57,192 nt of DNA from Deltaproteobacteria bacterium (GCA_043782525.1 JAYWAJ010000452.1:1-57192), one strand, 5' to 3'; shown: positions 16,497 to 29,234, counted from the first letter of the stretch. The notes: a model not told the origin generated them from the sequence alone. Numbers and translations are program-made.

Positions 16497-17840
16497 TTGA
16501 ACAATGCGCCCCGCGCGCGGAAGGAGGGCCCGATCCTGGTCACCGCGAACGGCCCACCGTCGGAGAGCGCAGAGCTGGTTCCCTCGCTCACGCTCGCCTT
16601 CAAGAACCAGGGGCGCGGCGCCACCGAGCACCGGCTCATTCCCCGCGCGGGCCTGATGCTCGGCCTGGGCGCGAGCGTCTTCGACGAGCCGTTCGACGAC
16701 ACGAGGATGTCCGTCCGGCACGCCGAGGTCGGGGTCGACTCTGGCCAGCCGTTCGTCCGCGATCTCTCGAGCAGCGGCGGGACCCGCGTCAACGGCGACG
16801 CGCTGATGGGAAAGCGATCGCTGGTGGCCGGCGACGTCATCCGGATTGGCGACACCCTCTTCGTCTACGCGGCCGCGGCGGCGGTGACGTTGCCCGAGCC
16901 CGAATCGGAGCTGATCGGCGAGAGCGCGGCGCTGGTCGCCGTTCGCCGCAGCATCGAGGCGGTGGCCCGCCACATGCATACGGTGGTGGTCACCGGCGAG
17001 ACCGGCACCGGCAAGGAAGTGGTCGCGCGCGTCCTCCACCAGCGCAGCGGCCGCACCGGCCCGTTGGTCGCCGTCAACTGCGGCGCCTTCGCCGAAGGCC
17101 TCTTGCCCAGCGACCTGTTCGGCCACGTGCGCGGCGCCTTCACCGGCGCGGTCACCGAGGAGCAGGGCCTCTTCCGCGCCGCCCGCGCCGGGACGCTGCT
17201 GCTCGACGAGGTGGCCGAGATCGCCATCGGGCTGCAGGCCAACCTGCTCCGTGTGATGGAGGCCCGGCAGGTGCGCCCGGTGGGAAGCACGCGCGACATC
17301 GCCATCGACGTGCGGGTCGTCGCCACCAGCAACCGGGAGCTGATGGCGCTGGTGCAGGAGCGATCGTTCCGCTCCGACCTCTACTCGCGGCTGGCGCAGT
17401 GGACCATCCGGCTGCCGCCGCTGCGGGAGCGGCGCGAGGACATCCCTTCGCTCACCCGCAGCCTGCTGGGCCGCTGCGACGCCTCGGGCCGGGCCATGAC
17501 CAGCGACCTCGCCGAGGCGCTGCTGCTGCACGACTGGCCGCTCAACGTCCGGGGGCTCTTCAACGTGCTGGCCATCGCGGCCATCTGCGCGCCGTCCGGC
17601 GTCCCGCTCTCGCTGGGCGCAGAGGTCCGCTCCGCGATGTGGACCAGCCGGACGCTGGCCCTGATCCCCGACGAGAAGGGGCCGCTGGTCGTGGACAAGG
17701 ACGCCCTCGAGCAGCTCCTCGGGCGCTTCAACGGCGGCGTCGCCGCGGCGGCGCGCCACCTCGGCATCACCCGGCCCAGGCTCTACCGGCTGCTCAAGGT
17801 CCGCGGCGTCGAGCCGTCGGCCTTCCGGCACCGCGGCTGA
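16497..17840 (+). CDS. Sigma-54-dependent transcriptional activator with an N-terminal FHA domain (bEBP)
   Basis: FHA region ('SVRHAEV...VRDLSSSGGTRVNG...GDVIRIGDTLFVY'). AAA+ Walker A 'GETGTGKE', 'GAFTGA' loop, Walker B 'LLLDEV'. C-terminal HTH 'AARHLGITRPRLYRLLK'. The TTG start as called has no RBS, so the start is uncertain. Confidence 0.9.
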   Translation: MNNAPRARKEGPILVTANGPPSESAELVPSLTLAFKNQGRGATEHRLIPRAGLMLGLGASVFDEPFDDTRMSVRHAEVGVDSGQPFVRDLSSSGGTRVNGDALMGKRSLVAGDVIRIGDTLFVYAAAAAVTLPEPESELIGESAALVAVRRSIEAVARHMHTVVVTGETGTGKEVVARVLHQRSGRTGPLVAVNCGAFAEGLLPSDLFGHVRGAFTGAVTEEQGLFRAARAGTLLLDEVAEIAIGLQANLLRVMEARQVRPVGSTRDIAIDVRVVATSNRELMALVQERSFRSDLYSRLAQWTIRLPPLRERREDIPSLTRSLLGRCDASGRAMTSDLAEALLLHDWPLNVRGLFNVLAIAAICAPSGVPLSLGAEVRSAMWTSRTLALIPDEKGPLVVDKDALEQLLGRFNGGVAAAARHLGITRPRLYRLLKVRGVEPSAFRHRG

Positions 17841-17883
17841 CCCGTCCGGGTCCAGCCGCGGCCTCCAGATCCGGACCGGCTGA

Positions 17884-18687
17884 TCAGGGCAGCGTGACGG
17901 CGTTGCCGTCCAGCGCCACCTGCGACTGCGCCAGCGCCCGGCCGTGGAGCGAGGCGCCGGTGTTGAGGGTGATGGCCGTCTGGCAGAGGATGGTGCCCTC
18001 GAAGTGCGAGGTGGTGCCGAGAGTGGTCTGCCCCGCCACCTGCCAGGTGATGTTCTTGGCGCTGGCCCCGCCGCTCAAGAGGACCTTCTTGGCCGCGGCG
18101 ATGGTCAGGTCGCCCGCGATCTGGAAGATCCAGACGTCGTTGGCGCCGCCGGCGATGGTGACGTCGGTCGGGATCGACACCGAGTTCGACCACTTGTAGA
18201 GGCCCGGCGCGAGGGTGAGGCCGCCGATGAGGCCGGTGCCCAGCTCGGTGTGGTCGGGGTTGGTCCGGCCGGCGGCATCGGTATAGGCGGTCTGCATCTT
18301 GCCGATGGCCGAGGTCAGGTTGGCGGGAGTGGGCACGGCATAGTCCGAGGCATAGATCTTCCCGGTCACCTGGGCGGAGGTCGAAGCCGCGCCTCCCGCC
18401 GGGAGCGTCTGGCTGAAGCCGGTCAGATAGGTCGCGGCGGCGGGGCTCAAGCCGATGTCGCCGGTGACCGCGGTCGTGCCGGTGTTGGAGACTCCGGTCT
18501 TGGCGAGGATGGCGTAGTCGGCGGCGCCGGCGACGTCCCCGGGAGCTCCCAGGCCGACCGGAGCGGGGCCGGCGCCGGCCGGGTTCTGCGGGTTGTTGGG
18601 TGCGGTGGTGCTCCCGCAGGCAGCGAGCAGCAGCGTCGAGAGGCAGATTCGGGCCAGCGTTCCAGGACAGCTCTTGCGTTCACGCAT
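17884..18687 (-). CDS. DUF3494 ice-binding-like lipoprotein (paralogue c)
   Basis: Lipobox 'LLLAACG'. 'YAILAKTGVSNTGTTAVTGDIGLSP', 'MQTAYTDAAGR', 'LAPGLYKWSNSV', 'GGANDVWIFQIAGDLT', 'GGASAKNITWQVAG', 'FEGTILC', 'HGRALAQ'. AAGGAGAA RBS. It is about 60 percent identical by eye to the C-terminal domain of paralogue d. Confidence 0.9.
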   Translation of the reverse strand: MRERKSCPGTLARICLSTLLLAACGSTTAPNNPQNPAGAGPAPVGLGAPGDVAGAADYAILAKTGVSNTGTTAVTGDIGLSPAAATYLTGFSQTLPAGGAASTSAQVTGKIYASDYAVPTPANLTSAIGKMQTAYTDAAGRTNPDHTELGTGLIGGLTLAPGLYKWSNSVSIPTDVTIAGGANDVWIFQIAGDLTIAAAKKVLLSGGASAKNITWQVAGQTTLGTTSHFEGTILCQTAITLNTGASLHGRALAQSQVALDGNAVTLP

Positions 18688-18728
18688 TGGTGGTTCTCCT
18701 TGTTGTGCAGCATTGAAAATGGAAATCC

Positions 18729-19898
18729 TCAGCGGGACGCCCAGGGGCGGGACTCGAGCCGCCGCGCGGCGCCCACCAGGCGGTCCAGCCGGTCGACCAC
18801 GCCGACCAGCGCGGGCGAGGCCGGAGTGGGCGACTGCGCGATGCGCCCGCGCAGCGTGACGAGGCGGCGCGCGACCTCCCGCAGATCGCCCGAGACCGCC
18901 GAACGCGGCGAGAAGAGCAGCCGCTCGCCGAGGATCTGGATCACCGCGGCGACCGGCGCCGCCGCGAAGAGGCCGGGGACTCCGTAGGCGTCGGCCAGCG
19001 CCACCAGCGTGACGATCTCGAGGATGGCGTTGCTGCGACGGAGCGGAAGCGCGCGGGCGCCGACCACGGCGATGAGCATGAAGGTCGCCGCCGTCAGCAG
19101 GCCCGCGCCGGCCGCCGTCACCGTCCCGTCGGCGAAGCCCACCAGGATGGCCCCCAGCACGGCGCAGGGGATCCCGGCCACGGGAATGAGCCGGGCCAGC
19201 CCGGCGACCACCGCCGGCAGCGTCGCGAAGCGCAGGCCCAGCGCGTGAAAGCCCAGGTCGAGGATGACGATGGCGACCAGGCTCTGCGCCAGCTGCGAGC
19301 GCAGGTACGCTCCCACGCCGGCCTTGGCGGCGCGCCAGGTCTCCCGCGTGCGCACGCGCAGCCCGGACGAGAGCAGCGAGAGGCCCCAGTGCTCGAAGGC
19401 GTCGCGGTTGGCGAGCCAGTAGACGCTCATGGCGAGGACGATGACCGCGCGCCCGAAGAGCTCGACCGCGCCCATGGTGATGCCCAGGACTGCTTGGGCG
19501 CCCGAGCCCGGGGTCTGCGAGCCGAGTGCGCGGTAGAGCTCCGCCGAGGCGGGCAGGCGCTCGACCAGCACCCGGCGCAACAGGTTGAGCTGCGAGCCGC
19601 TGGCGCCGTCCCAGGCGTGCATCAGCTCGTTGGCGGCGTCCTGGGCCTCGGAGAGGAGCGGCGGCACCAGCGCCATTGCCAGGACGGCGACGCCCGCCAA
19701 CAGGCCCGCGAAAGTCAGGGCGAGCGCGATCGAGCGCCGGACGCGGCGGGCGACGAGGAAGTCCACCGCCGGCCGCACCATGGCCACGGTGGCGAGCGCC
19801 AGCACGAAGAGGAAGATGGCTTCGCGGAACTGCCAGAGCAGCGCCGCGCCCGCGACGGTGGCGAAGACCAGCGCGACGAAGAACGCGAGGCGCTTCAC
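18729..19898 (-). CDS. AI-2E family (PerM/UPF0118) transporter, copy 2
   Basis: Polytopic membrane protein with the AI-2E-type C-terminal core 'LARLIPVAGIPCAVLGAILVGF'. GTGA overlap with the upstream paralogue. Confidence 0.8.
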   Translation of the reverse strand: MKRLAFFVALVFATVAGAALLWQFREAIFLFVLALATVAMVRPAVDFLVARRVRRSIALALTFAGLLAGVAVLAMALVPPLLSEAQDAANELMHAWDGASGSQLNLLRRVLVERLPASAELYRALGSQTPGSGAQAVLGITMGAVELFGRAVIVLAMSVYWLANRDAFEHWGLSLLSSGLRVRTRETWRAAKAGVGAYLRSQLAQSLVAIVILDLGFHALGLRFATLPAVVAGLARLIPVAGIPCAVLGAILVGFADGTVTAAGAGLLTAATFMLIAVVGARALPLRRSNAILEIVTLVALADAYGVPGLFAAAPVAAVIQILGERLLFSPRSAVSGDLREVARRLVTLRGRIAQSPTPASPALVGVVDRLDRLVGAARRLESRPWASR

Positions 19899-21166
19899 GA
19901 GGCCGCCTCCCGCAGCGCCGCCGTCTCGGCGAGGATGCGGTCGAGGTCGGCCGCGATCGACTCGACCGACGACTCCAGCTCGAGGGGGTCTTCGTGCACG
20001 CCGCCGGCGTCGTGGTGCACCAGCCGCCGCACGTCGGCCGCCAGCTGGTTGGCCTGCGCGCGCAGGAGGTCCGCGCCCCCTTCGCCGTCCTCTTCCGGAG
20101 GCGCCGGCGCACGCTGCCGCACGATGAAGCGCTCGAGGATGAGCTGGAGGATGGCGGCGATGGGGATGGCGAGGAAGAGGCCGGCGAGGCCCAGGAGCGA
20201 GCCGAAGGCGCTGATGGAGAGGAGCGTCACCAGCGGGTTGACGCCGACGGTCTTGCCCATCACCCGCGGCGCCAGCACGTTGGTCTCGAAGAGGTGGATG
20301 ACGAGGTAGGTGGCGACGACCCAGACCGCCAGCGACGGCCGCACCGAGAGCGCGATGAAGACCGCCGGCACCGTCCCGAGGATGGGCCCGATGAGCGGCA
20401 CCGCGTCGAGCACGCCCGCGATCAGTCCCAGCACCGGCGCGTGGGGCAGGCCGATGGCGGCGTAGGCGCCGAGCGAGAGCGCCCCCACCGTCAGGCAGAC
20501 GATGCCCTGGCTCCAGACGTAGCGTCCCATCTTGTCCTGCGCGGCGTCGAGGAAGGCGCGGTAGCGCTCGCGACTCTCGTCGGGGGCGAGGCGCAGCAGG
20601 CTCTGCAGCGTGCGCTCTCCGTCGACGGTCCAGTAGAAGCCGAGCGCGACTACCGCCGCGCCGAGAAAGAGGCTGCGCCCGAGTCCGGCCACGCTGGAGA
20701 GGCCGGAGAGCGTGTCGAGCGGCCGGCCCGCGGTGCTGGGAACTTCCGCGGGCAGCGCCTCGGGAAGGTGTCGCACCAGCCGGCCCAGCGCGCCGCTCGA
20801 GGATCCGAGCAGCACGTTGCGGGTGCTCTGGTAGAAGGCGGGGAGCCGCGCCAGGATCAACGCCGACTGCTCGATGACCAGCGGCAGCACCACCAGGAGA
20901 AAGGCCACCACCAAGGCAAGCAGCACCAGGTGGACGGCCAAGGCGCTGGCCCAGCGCGTGAGGCCGCGGCGGACGAGAAAGTCCACCGCCGGCAGGATGG
21001 AGCGCGAGACGACCACGGCGATGAAGAGCCCCACGCAGGCCGTCGCCGAGCGGTAGAGCAGGGCGGCGGCGCAAGCGATGGCGAGCACGACGATGGTCGC
21101 GGTCACCACCCGGCGGGCGGTCCAGGCCACGCGCCGCGACACCGGCTGGAGCAGCAGGGGGCCCAT
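19895..21166 (-). CDS. AI-2E family (PerM/UPF0118) transporter, copy 1
   Basis: 'GVLDAVPLIGPILGTVPAVFIAL...LVIHLFETNVLAPRVMGKTVGVNPLVTLLSI' is typical of AI-2E. It has a cytoplasmic helical C-terminal tail. Confidence 0.85.
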   Translation of the reverse strand: MGPLLLQPVSRRVAWTARRVVTATIVVLAIACAAALLYRSATACVGLFIAVVVSRSILPAVDFLVRRGLTRWASALAVHLVLLALVVAFLLVVLPLVIEQSALILARLPAFYQSTRNVLLGSSSGALGRLVRHLPEALPAEVPSTAGRPLDTLSGLSSVAGLGRSLFLGAAVVALGFYWTVDGERTLQSLLRLAPDESRERYRAFLDAAQDKMGRYVWSQGIVCLTVGALSLGAYAAIGLPHAPVLGLIAGVLDAVPLIGPILGTVPAVFIALSVRPSLAVWVVATYLVIHLFETNVLAPRVMGKTVGVNPLVTLLSISAFGSLLGLAGLFLAIPIAAILQLILERFIVRQRAPAPPEEDGEGGADLLRAQANQLAADVRRLVHHDAGGVHEDPLELESSVESIAADLDRILAETAALREAAS

Positions 21167-21168
21167 GG

Positions 21169-21774
21169 CTACTGCGCGGCCCTGCTGGCGGGAAGCGCGA
21201 CCAGCCTGGCGACGACCCGGTCCGCGATCTGGTCCACGCCCCGGTGCAGCGCCCGCGAGAGCGCCTCGACCACCGCGACGTCGCCGTCCGCACCCGCGGC
21301 CACCGGCTCCTCGACGGTGAGGGTCTCCTCCATCCGCCCGCTGCGCTCGTCGTGCAGCATCAGCAGCGCCTGCAGGCGGACGTGCGGCTTCGGCTTGAGC
21401 ACTTCCTCGAACGCCGCCAGCTCGATCTCCAGCGTCGGGGCGCTGCCCGAGAGCGCCTCGACCAGCCCGCGCTCCTCGAAGAGCGTGCGCTCGAGCGCGG
21501 CCTTGAGATAGACCTCGGGTCGCTCGGTCCAGCGCCGGTCCTCGGCGAAGCTCAACTCTTGTGGAGAGCTGCGCACCACCATCCGCTCGCGCAGGTGCGC
21601 CCAGGAGCTGACCCGCCCGAGGCGCAGCCGCAGCTCGGGATGGCCCGGCGCCGTGACCGCGCCGGACTCGTACTGCGGCGTGAAGTACCGCGGCACCACC
21701 GGATCGTTCTTGCCCAGGAGCGCGCAGCCCGCCGAGGCGAGGGCGCAAAAGACCACCAGCGTGCGCAGCGTCAT
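21169..21774 (-). CDS. ABC-transport auxiliary lipoprotein (PqiC/YmbA/DUF330-like)
   Basis: Lipobox 'LASAGC', then 'PRYFTP' and the pattern 'L.LGRV..W..L..R.VVR.S..E......RW.ERPE.Y...AL'. ATGA overlap with the MCE gene. Confidence 0.7.
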   Translation of the reverse strand: MTLRTLVVFCALASAGCALLGKNDPVVPRYFTPQYESGAVTAPGHPELRLRLGRVSSWAHLRERMVVRSSPQELSFAEDRRWTERPEVYLKAALERTLFEERGLVEALSGSAPTLEIELAAFEEVLKPKPHVRLQALLMLHDERSGRMEETLTVEEPVAAGADGDVAVVEALSRALHRGVDQIADRVVARLVALPASRAAQ

Positions 21775-22736
21775 TTCTTCCCCCTGGCGCGGCCCTTGAT
21801 GAGCATGTCGGAATCGCCTTCGAGCGCCTGCACCAGCTGGCGGAACGACCCGGCCGCCTCGCGCAGATCGCGCACCGTCTCCTCCAGCTCCGGCCCCAGG
21901 GACCGCGTGTTCACCGCCACGTCGCCGAGCGAATCGGAGGTCCGCTGCACGCTGGCGAGCAGCCCCTGCTCGCCGTTCACCTGGTCGAGCGCCGCCTGCG
22001 CCTTGGTGAGCGTCTTGTTCAGGTTGGCCATCGCCCGGCGGCTCTCCCCCGAGAGCGCGTCGAGCTGGAGGCCCGCCACCGTCCGCCGCAGCTCGACCAC
22101 CAGGAGGTTGACGTTGCCGAGGGTCGCCGCGGTCCTTCCCGGCAGGTCGCGCCCGTGGACGTCCTGCAGGATGGCCTCGACGGTGATCAGCACCTTGCCC
22201 AGCTCGTCGGTGAGCCGCGGCAGGGAGTCGATGGCCTTCACCACCGCGTCCTCGAGGTTCTTCATCGTCGAGGGGGTGGCGGGGATGTACTTCTCCGGAA
22301 CCGGAAAGGGCAGCACCGGCGGCGGCGGCGTGTCCTTGGCGTCGAAGAAGTCGAGCTGCAGGACCTTGGCGCCGGTGAGGCCGGTGCTGGCGATCTGGAT
22401 CCGCAGCGCATCGGGAATGGTCAGCTTCGTCTCCCGGCCCTGCGACTCGGAGAGGCCCAGCCGCTTGAGGACGCGGACGCCGAGCGCGTAGCTGATCTCG
22501 ACGTGGCGGCGATCGGGCGCGACGTCGATGATCGAGATGTTGCCGACGGTGACGCCGCGGAAGTTGACCGGCGAGCCGGTCTCGAGCCCGGTCACCGACT
22601 CGTCGAAGTACGACGTATAGGTGACCGTCTCCTTGTGCAGCGCCCGCTGCGCGAGGAAGATCACGGCCAAAAGGCCGAGCAGCGCCGAGGCCACCACGAA
22701 GAGACCCAGCTTCCAGCGATTGGTCGGAGCGGCCAT
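21771..22736 (-). CDS. MlaD/MCE-family substrate-binding protein
   Basis: One N-terminal TM, then the MCE domain 'YTSYFDESVTGLETGSPVNFRGVTVGNISII', then a long helical C-terminus. Confidence 0.85.
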   Translation of the reverse strand: MAAPTNRWKLGLFVVASALLGLLAVIFLAQRALHKETVTYTSYFDESVTGLETGSPVNFRGVTVGNISIIDVAPDRRHVEISYALGVRVLKRLGLSESQGRETKLTIPDALRIQIASTGLTGAKVLQLDFFDAKDTPPPPVLPFPVPEKYIPATPSTMKNLEDAVVKAIDSLPRLTDELGKVLITVEAILQDVHGRDLPGRTAATLGNVNLLVVELRRTVAGLQLDALSGESRRAMANLNKTLTKAQAALDQVNGEQGLLASVQRTSDSLGDVAVNTRSLGPELEETVRDLREAAGSFRQLVQALEGDSDMLIKGRARGKK

Positions 22737-23488
22737 CAGGCGCCTTTCGGGGTGCGGTTGAAGAAGTCGCGCACGCGCGGGTCGTCGCTCGAGTCGCGTA
22801 AGGTCCGCGGGTCGCCCCTGGCGATGATGCTCTTGGTCTCGCGGTCGAGCATGATGCAGCGCTTGGCCATCTTGAAGATGCTGTCGAGGTCGTGGGTGAC
22901 GATGACCAGGGTCAGCCCGAGGTGGGCGTTGAGCGAGAGGATGAGCTCGTCGAGGTCCGCCGCCGTGATCGGGTCGAGCCCCGCCGACGGCTCGTCGAGG
23001 AAGAGCAGCGAAGGCTCGAGCGCCATGGCCCGCGCGATGGCGGCGCGCTTCTTCATGCCGCCGGAGAGCTCCGACGGCATCTGATCGATGGCGCGCTCGA
23101 GGCCGACCAGGCGCAGCTTGGCCCCGACGATGGCGGCGATGGCGTCGTCGGGCAGGTCGGTCCACTGGCTGAGCTGGAGGGCGACGTTCTCGCCGACGCT
23201 GAGCGAGCCGAGCAGCGCGCCCGACTGGAACATCACCCCGAAGTCCGGGCGCTCGGAGTGGGTTGCGTCGGGCGGAAGGTCGAGCTCGATGGTGCCCTCG
23301 AGCGGCTCTTCCAGCCCGACCAGGTAGCGGAGCAGCGTCGACTTTCCGCAGCCACTGCCGCCGAGGATGACGAAGATGTCGCCGCGCTCGACGTCGAAGG
23401 TCGCCGATTGTTGAAGGATGTGGCCGGGCCAGCCGATGGTCAGGCCCGAGACGCGGATCATCGGCGCCGGCGTTCCGCTGGTGGTCAT
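22736..23488 (-). CDS. MlaF-like ABC transporter ATP-binding protein
   Basis: Walker A 'GGSGCGKST', signature 'LSGGMKKRAAIARA', Walker B 'LLFLDEPSAGLDP', H-loop 'VTHD'. Confidence 0.92.
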   Translation of the reverse strand: MTTSGTPAPMIRVSGLTIGWPGHILQQSATFDVERGDIFVILGGSGCGKSTLLRYLVGLEEPLEGTIELDLPPDATHSERPDFGVMFQSGALLGSLSVGENVALQLSQWTDLPDDAIAAIVGAKLRLVGLERAIDQMPSELSGGMKKRAAIARAMALEPSLLFLDEPSAGLDPITAADLDELILSLNAHLGLTLVIVTHDLDSIFKMAKRCIMLDRETKSIIARGDPRTLRDSSDDPRVRDFFNRTPKGA

Positions 23489-24648
23489 GATTCGACCAGC
23501 CGGAAGAAGACGGTGAAGATCGAATCGACCAGGACCAGCGTGAAGAGGCTGACCACCACCGTCGCGGTGGTGCGGCGGCCCACGCCCTCGGCGCCGCCGG
23601 TGGTGGCGAGGCCCTGCTGGCAGGCGATGAGCGAGATGGCCAGGGCGAAGAAGACGCTCTTGATCAGGCCGGAGCCGACGTCCCAGAGGCTGACCACGGC
23701 GACGGTCTCGTGGAAGTAGCCCGACATGGTCAGGTCGAGGTTGACGAGCCCGACCAGCAGCCCGCCGAGGATCCCGAAGAGGTCGGCGACCAGGGTGAGC
23801 ATGGGCACCACCAGGATCAGCGCCACCGTCCGCGGCACCACCAGAAAGCGCATGGGGCCGAAGCCCATGGTCCGCAGCGCGTCGACCTCCTCGTTGACCT
23901 GCATGAAGCCGAGCTCGGCGGCGAAGGCCGCGCCCGACCGGCCGCAGATGACGATGGCGGTCATGAGCGGGGCCAGCTCGCGGGTCACCGAGATGCCGAT
24001 CAGATCGGCCACCAGGAGCTGCGCGCCGAAGCGCTTCAGCTGGGCCGCCGCCTGGAAGGCCATCGCCAGCCCGACGAGGAAGTTGATGAGGACGACGATG
24101 GGCACCGCGTTGGCGCCGGAGCGCTCCATGGTCGGGGCCAGCTCCTTCCAGTTGGCCCCGCGCGGATTGCGGGCGAGCTTGACGACCGTGACCACCATCT
24201 GGCCGAAGAAGGCCAGCACCAGCTGGACCTCCTGCATGATCTCCAGCGTCGACTCGCCGATCTGATCGAGCAGGCCCTGCGGCTTGCGGCGCTTGAGCTT
24301 GCCGACCTCGAGGTCGCCGCCGTAGAGGTGGATGACCTCCTGCACGCTCCCGCTGGCGCCGGTGAACTCCGACTTGACGCCGCGCCGGTGCAGGTTGGCG
24401 CGCACCGAGGCGAGCAGCGCCATGGCGCCGCCGTCCACCGACCGCACCCGCGACATGTCGAAGTCGAGGGTGCCGCCCCTCCCGGTGGCGGAGTCCATCC
24501 GCTGCAGCTCCGCCCAGAGCCGGCCGGCGTCGGCCAGCGTCAGCTCGCCTTCGAGGCGCAGCTCATAGCGCGCGTCGGCGGCCGCATAGGCGCCGAGCGC
24601 GAAGGAGGTCTTCGCCAGGGGCGGGCGTGCGCGGGTCGGCAAGGACAT
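23485..24648 (-). CDS. MlaE-family ABC permease with an N-terminal STAS-like domain
   Basis: The first 110 aa or so are STAS-like ('YELRLEGELTLADAGRLW...LDFDMSRVRSVDGGAMALL...GVKSEFTGASG'). The MlaE core follows: 'ELAPLMTAIVICGRSGAAFAAELGFMQVNEEVDALRTMG'. Confidence 0.85.
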   Translation of the reverse strand: MSLPTRARPPLAKTSFALGAYAAADARYELRLEGELTLADAGRLWAELQRMDSATGRGGTLDFDMSRVRSVDGGAMALLASVRANLHRRGVKSEFTGASGSVQEVIHLYGGDLEVGKLKRRKPQGLLDQIGESTLEIMQEVQLVLAFFGQMVVTVVKLARNPRGANWKELAPTMERSGANAVPIVVLINFLVGLAMAFQAAAQLKRFGAQLLVADLIGISVTRELAPLMTAIVICGRSGAAFAAELGFMQVNEEVDALRTMGFGPMRFLVVPRTVALILVVPMLTLVADLFGILGGLLVGLVNLDLTMSGYFHETVAVVSLWDVGSGLIKSVFFALAISLIACQQGLATTGGAEGVGRRTTATVVVSLFTLVLVDSIFTVFFRLVES

Positions 24649-24652
24649 CGGT

Positions 24653-25039
24653 TTACGAGGCGGAGGGCGTCTGCAGCACGGTGAGGAACTTGTCGAGCGC
24701 CTCGTCGTCGCGGAAGAGCATCAGCCCGTCGAGCGCCTTGATGATCTCGAAGGTCTTCTCGATGCGCGGCTGCACCCCCAGCATCATGCAGGAGCCGTTG
24801 CGCTCGATGACCCGCTTGCGCGCGGTGAGGATGACGCGAACTCCGCCGCTGGAGAGGAAGTTGAGCTTGGCCAGATCGAAGACGATGATCTGGGTCGGCC
24901 CGGCGAAGACCTCGAGCAGCTCCTTCTCGAGCTGCGGCGCGGTGGCCGTGTCGAGCGAGCCGTTGAGGCCGATCTTGGCCATCTGCTTGCCGTCTTTCCA
25001 GGGACGAAACGAGACGCTGGTGATGAGAGCCATGCTCAC
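24653..25039 (-). CDS. STAS-domain protein (anti-sigma-factor antagonist / SpoIIAA-RsbV-like)
   Basis: 'IGLNGSLDTATAPQLEKELLE...IIVFDLAKLNFLSSGGVRVIL' with a Ser in the phospho-acceptor position. GTGA overlap with the upstream gene; an alternative ATG is at 25033. Confidence 0.85.
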   Translation of the reverse strand: MSMALITSVSFRPWKDGKQMAKIGLNGSLDTATAPQLEKELLEVFAGPTQIIVFDLAKLNFLSSGGVRVILTARKRVIERNGSCMMLGVQPRIEKTFEIIKALDGLMLFRDDEALDKFLTVLQTPSAS

Positions 25040-26606
25040 TCCTGTGGGGGCTTGCGGTTCAGGTCGCGCACCAGCGTGAGGAGGTTTTCGTTCCCATCGC
25101 GCTGGTAGGCGATGCGATCGGTGGCGTTCTTGACGAGGAGGATCCCGAGGTCGCCGCTGGCCCGCTCGTCGAGGGGCACCTCGAGGTGGGGGGCCTGGGC
25201 CATGCGCGGATCGAAGAAGACGCCGCGGTCGCGGATCTCGATCTTGACCGCGACGGCGTCGATGGCGACGCGCAGCCCCATCGGCCCCTCGGTGCCGGCG
25301 TAGCCGTGGCGGACCAGGTTGGAGAGGACCTCCTCGACGGCGAGCCCGAGGTCGTGGACCACGTCGTCCGAGGCGCCGCGCGCGCGGAGGAACGCCTGCA
25401 CCGCCTCGTAGCCCCGCACCACCTCGGCCAGGTTGCTGTGGAGGGTGAGCTTCAGCTCGGCCGGGGGGCGCCAGCGGATGGCGAGGAGCGCGATGTCGTC
25501 CGACTGGGGCTCGCCCCGCGCAAAGGTCCGCACCGCCGCCAGCACGCGGTCGACCATCACCTTCGAGCTGGGCGCGGCCTCGCGCAGCGCCTGGAGCAGC
25601 CGCTCCTCGCCGAAGAGATCGTGGGCGGGATCGAAGGCCTCGGTGACGCCGTCGGTGTAGAGGAGGAGCGCGTCGCCCGTCTGCAGTTGCACCTCGCGCG
25701 CCTCGAAGGCCAGGTCGGGCTGGATGCCGATGAGCGTCCCCGGCCGGTCGGCGAGGAGCTGGGGCGGCTGGCCCGCGCGGAGCAGCACCGGAGCGGTGTG
25801 GCCGCCGCTGGCGCAGGAGAGCAGGCCGGTCCGGGTGTCGAGGACGGCGCAGAAGAGGGTGACGAACATCGAGCTGGGGTTGTCTCGCGACAGCTCCTGG
25901 TTGACGTGGGAGAGGATCTCCTCCGGGCGCTTGACGTGGCGGGCGGTCGAGCGCAGCAGCGTGGCGGTGATGGCCATGAAGAGCGCGGCGGGGATGCCCT
26001 TGCCCGAGACGTCGCCGAGCACGATGCAGAGGCGTCCGTCGCCGAGCGGGAAGACGTCGTAGAGATCTCCGCCCACTTCCTTGGCCGGCTCGAGCAGCGC
26101 GTGCACGTCGACGGGCAGGCCGGAGCCCAGGCTGCGGAAGTCCTTGGGGACCATCCCGCGCTGGATCTCCTGCGCCACCCGCAGCTCGCTCTCCAGATTG
26201 GCGCGGACGCTGTCCTGGTACATCTTGCCCTTGAGCAGCGAGCGCACCCGCGCCCGGACTTCGACCGCCTCGAAGGGCTTGGTGATGTAGTCGGTGCCGC
26301 CGGCCTCGAAGCCGCGCGCCTTGCTCTTCGGCTCCGCCAGCGCGGAGAGGAAGATGACCGGCAGGTCGCGGGTGGCGGGCTGTTCGCGCAGGCGGCGGCA
26401 GACTTCGTAGCCGTCCACCCGCGGCATCATGAGATCGAGCAGCACCAGGTCAGGCGCGCTCTGCGCGATGCTGCGCAGCGCGCTCTCGCCGTCGAGCGCC
26501 ACCGAGAGGAGGTGGTGGCCCTGCAGCGCTTCGACGAGGACGTCGAGGCTGGAGCGGGCGTCGTCGACGAGGAGGACGCGGCACTTGGAGAGGTCGAGCG
26601 TGTCCA

Positions 26607-26610
<4 letters not shown>
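25036..26610 (-). CDS. Response-regulator receiver + PP2C/SpoIIE phosphatase + C-terminal RsbW/SpoIIAB-like HATPase domain fusion
   Basis: REC 'VLLVDD...LVLLDLMMPRVDGYEV...ITKP'. PP2C 'GGDLYDVF...VLGDVSGKGIPAALFMA...LLLYTDGVTEA...SDDIALLAIR'. C-terminal 'LAVEEVLSNLVRHGY...IEIRDRGVFFDP...GDLGILLVKNATD'. Confidence 0.88.
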
Positions 26611-29168
<2,558 letters not shown>

Positions 29169-29234
29169 AGGACCTCCAAAGAGTGCGAGCGCATGCTTCG
29201 CGTGCGCGAACCTGCGACCGATCGATCAGAACTT

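Noticed and set aside
17841-17883. A bidirectional terminator between the EBP gene and DUF3494 paralogue c.
   Set aside because: Only an imperfect 6-7-bp stem (gtccgg...ccggac) with a long loop is present. That is too weak to annotate.
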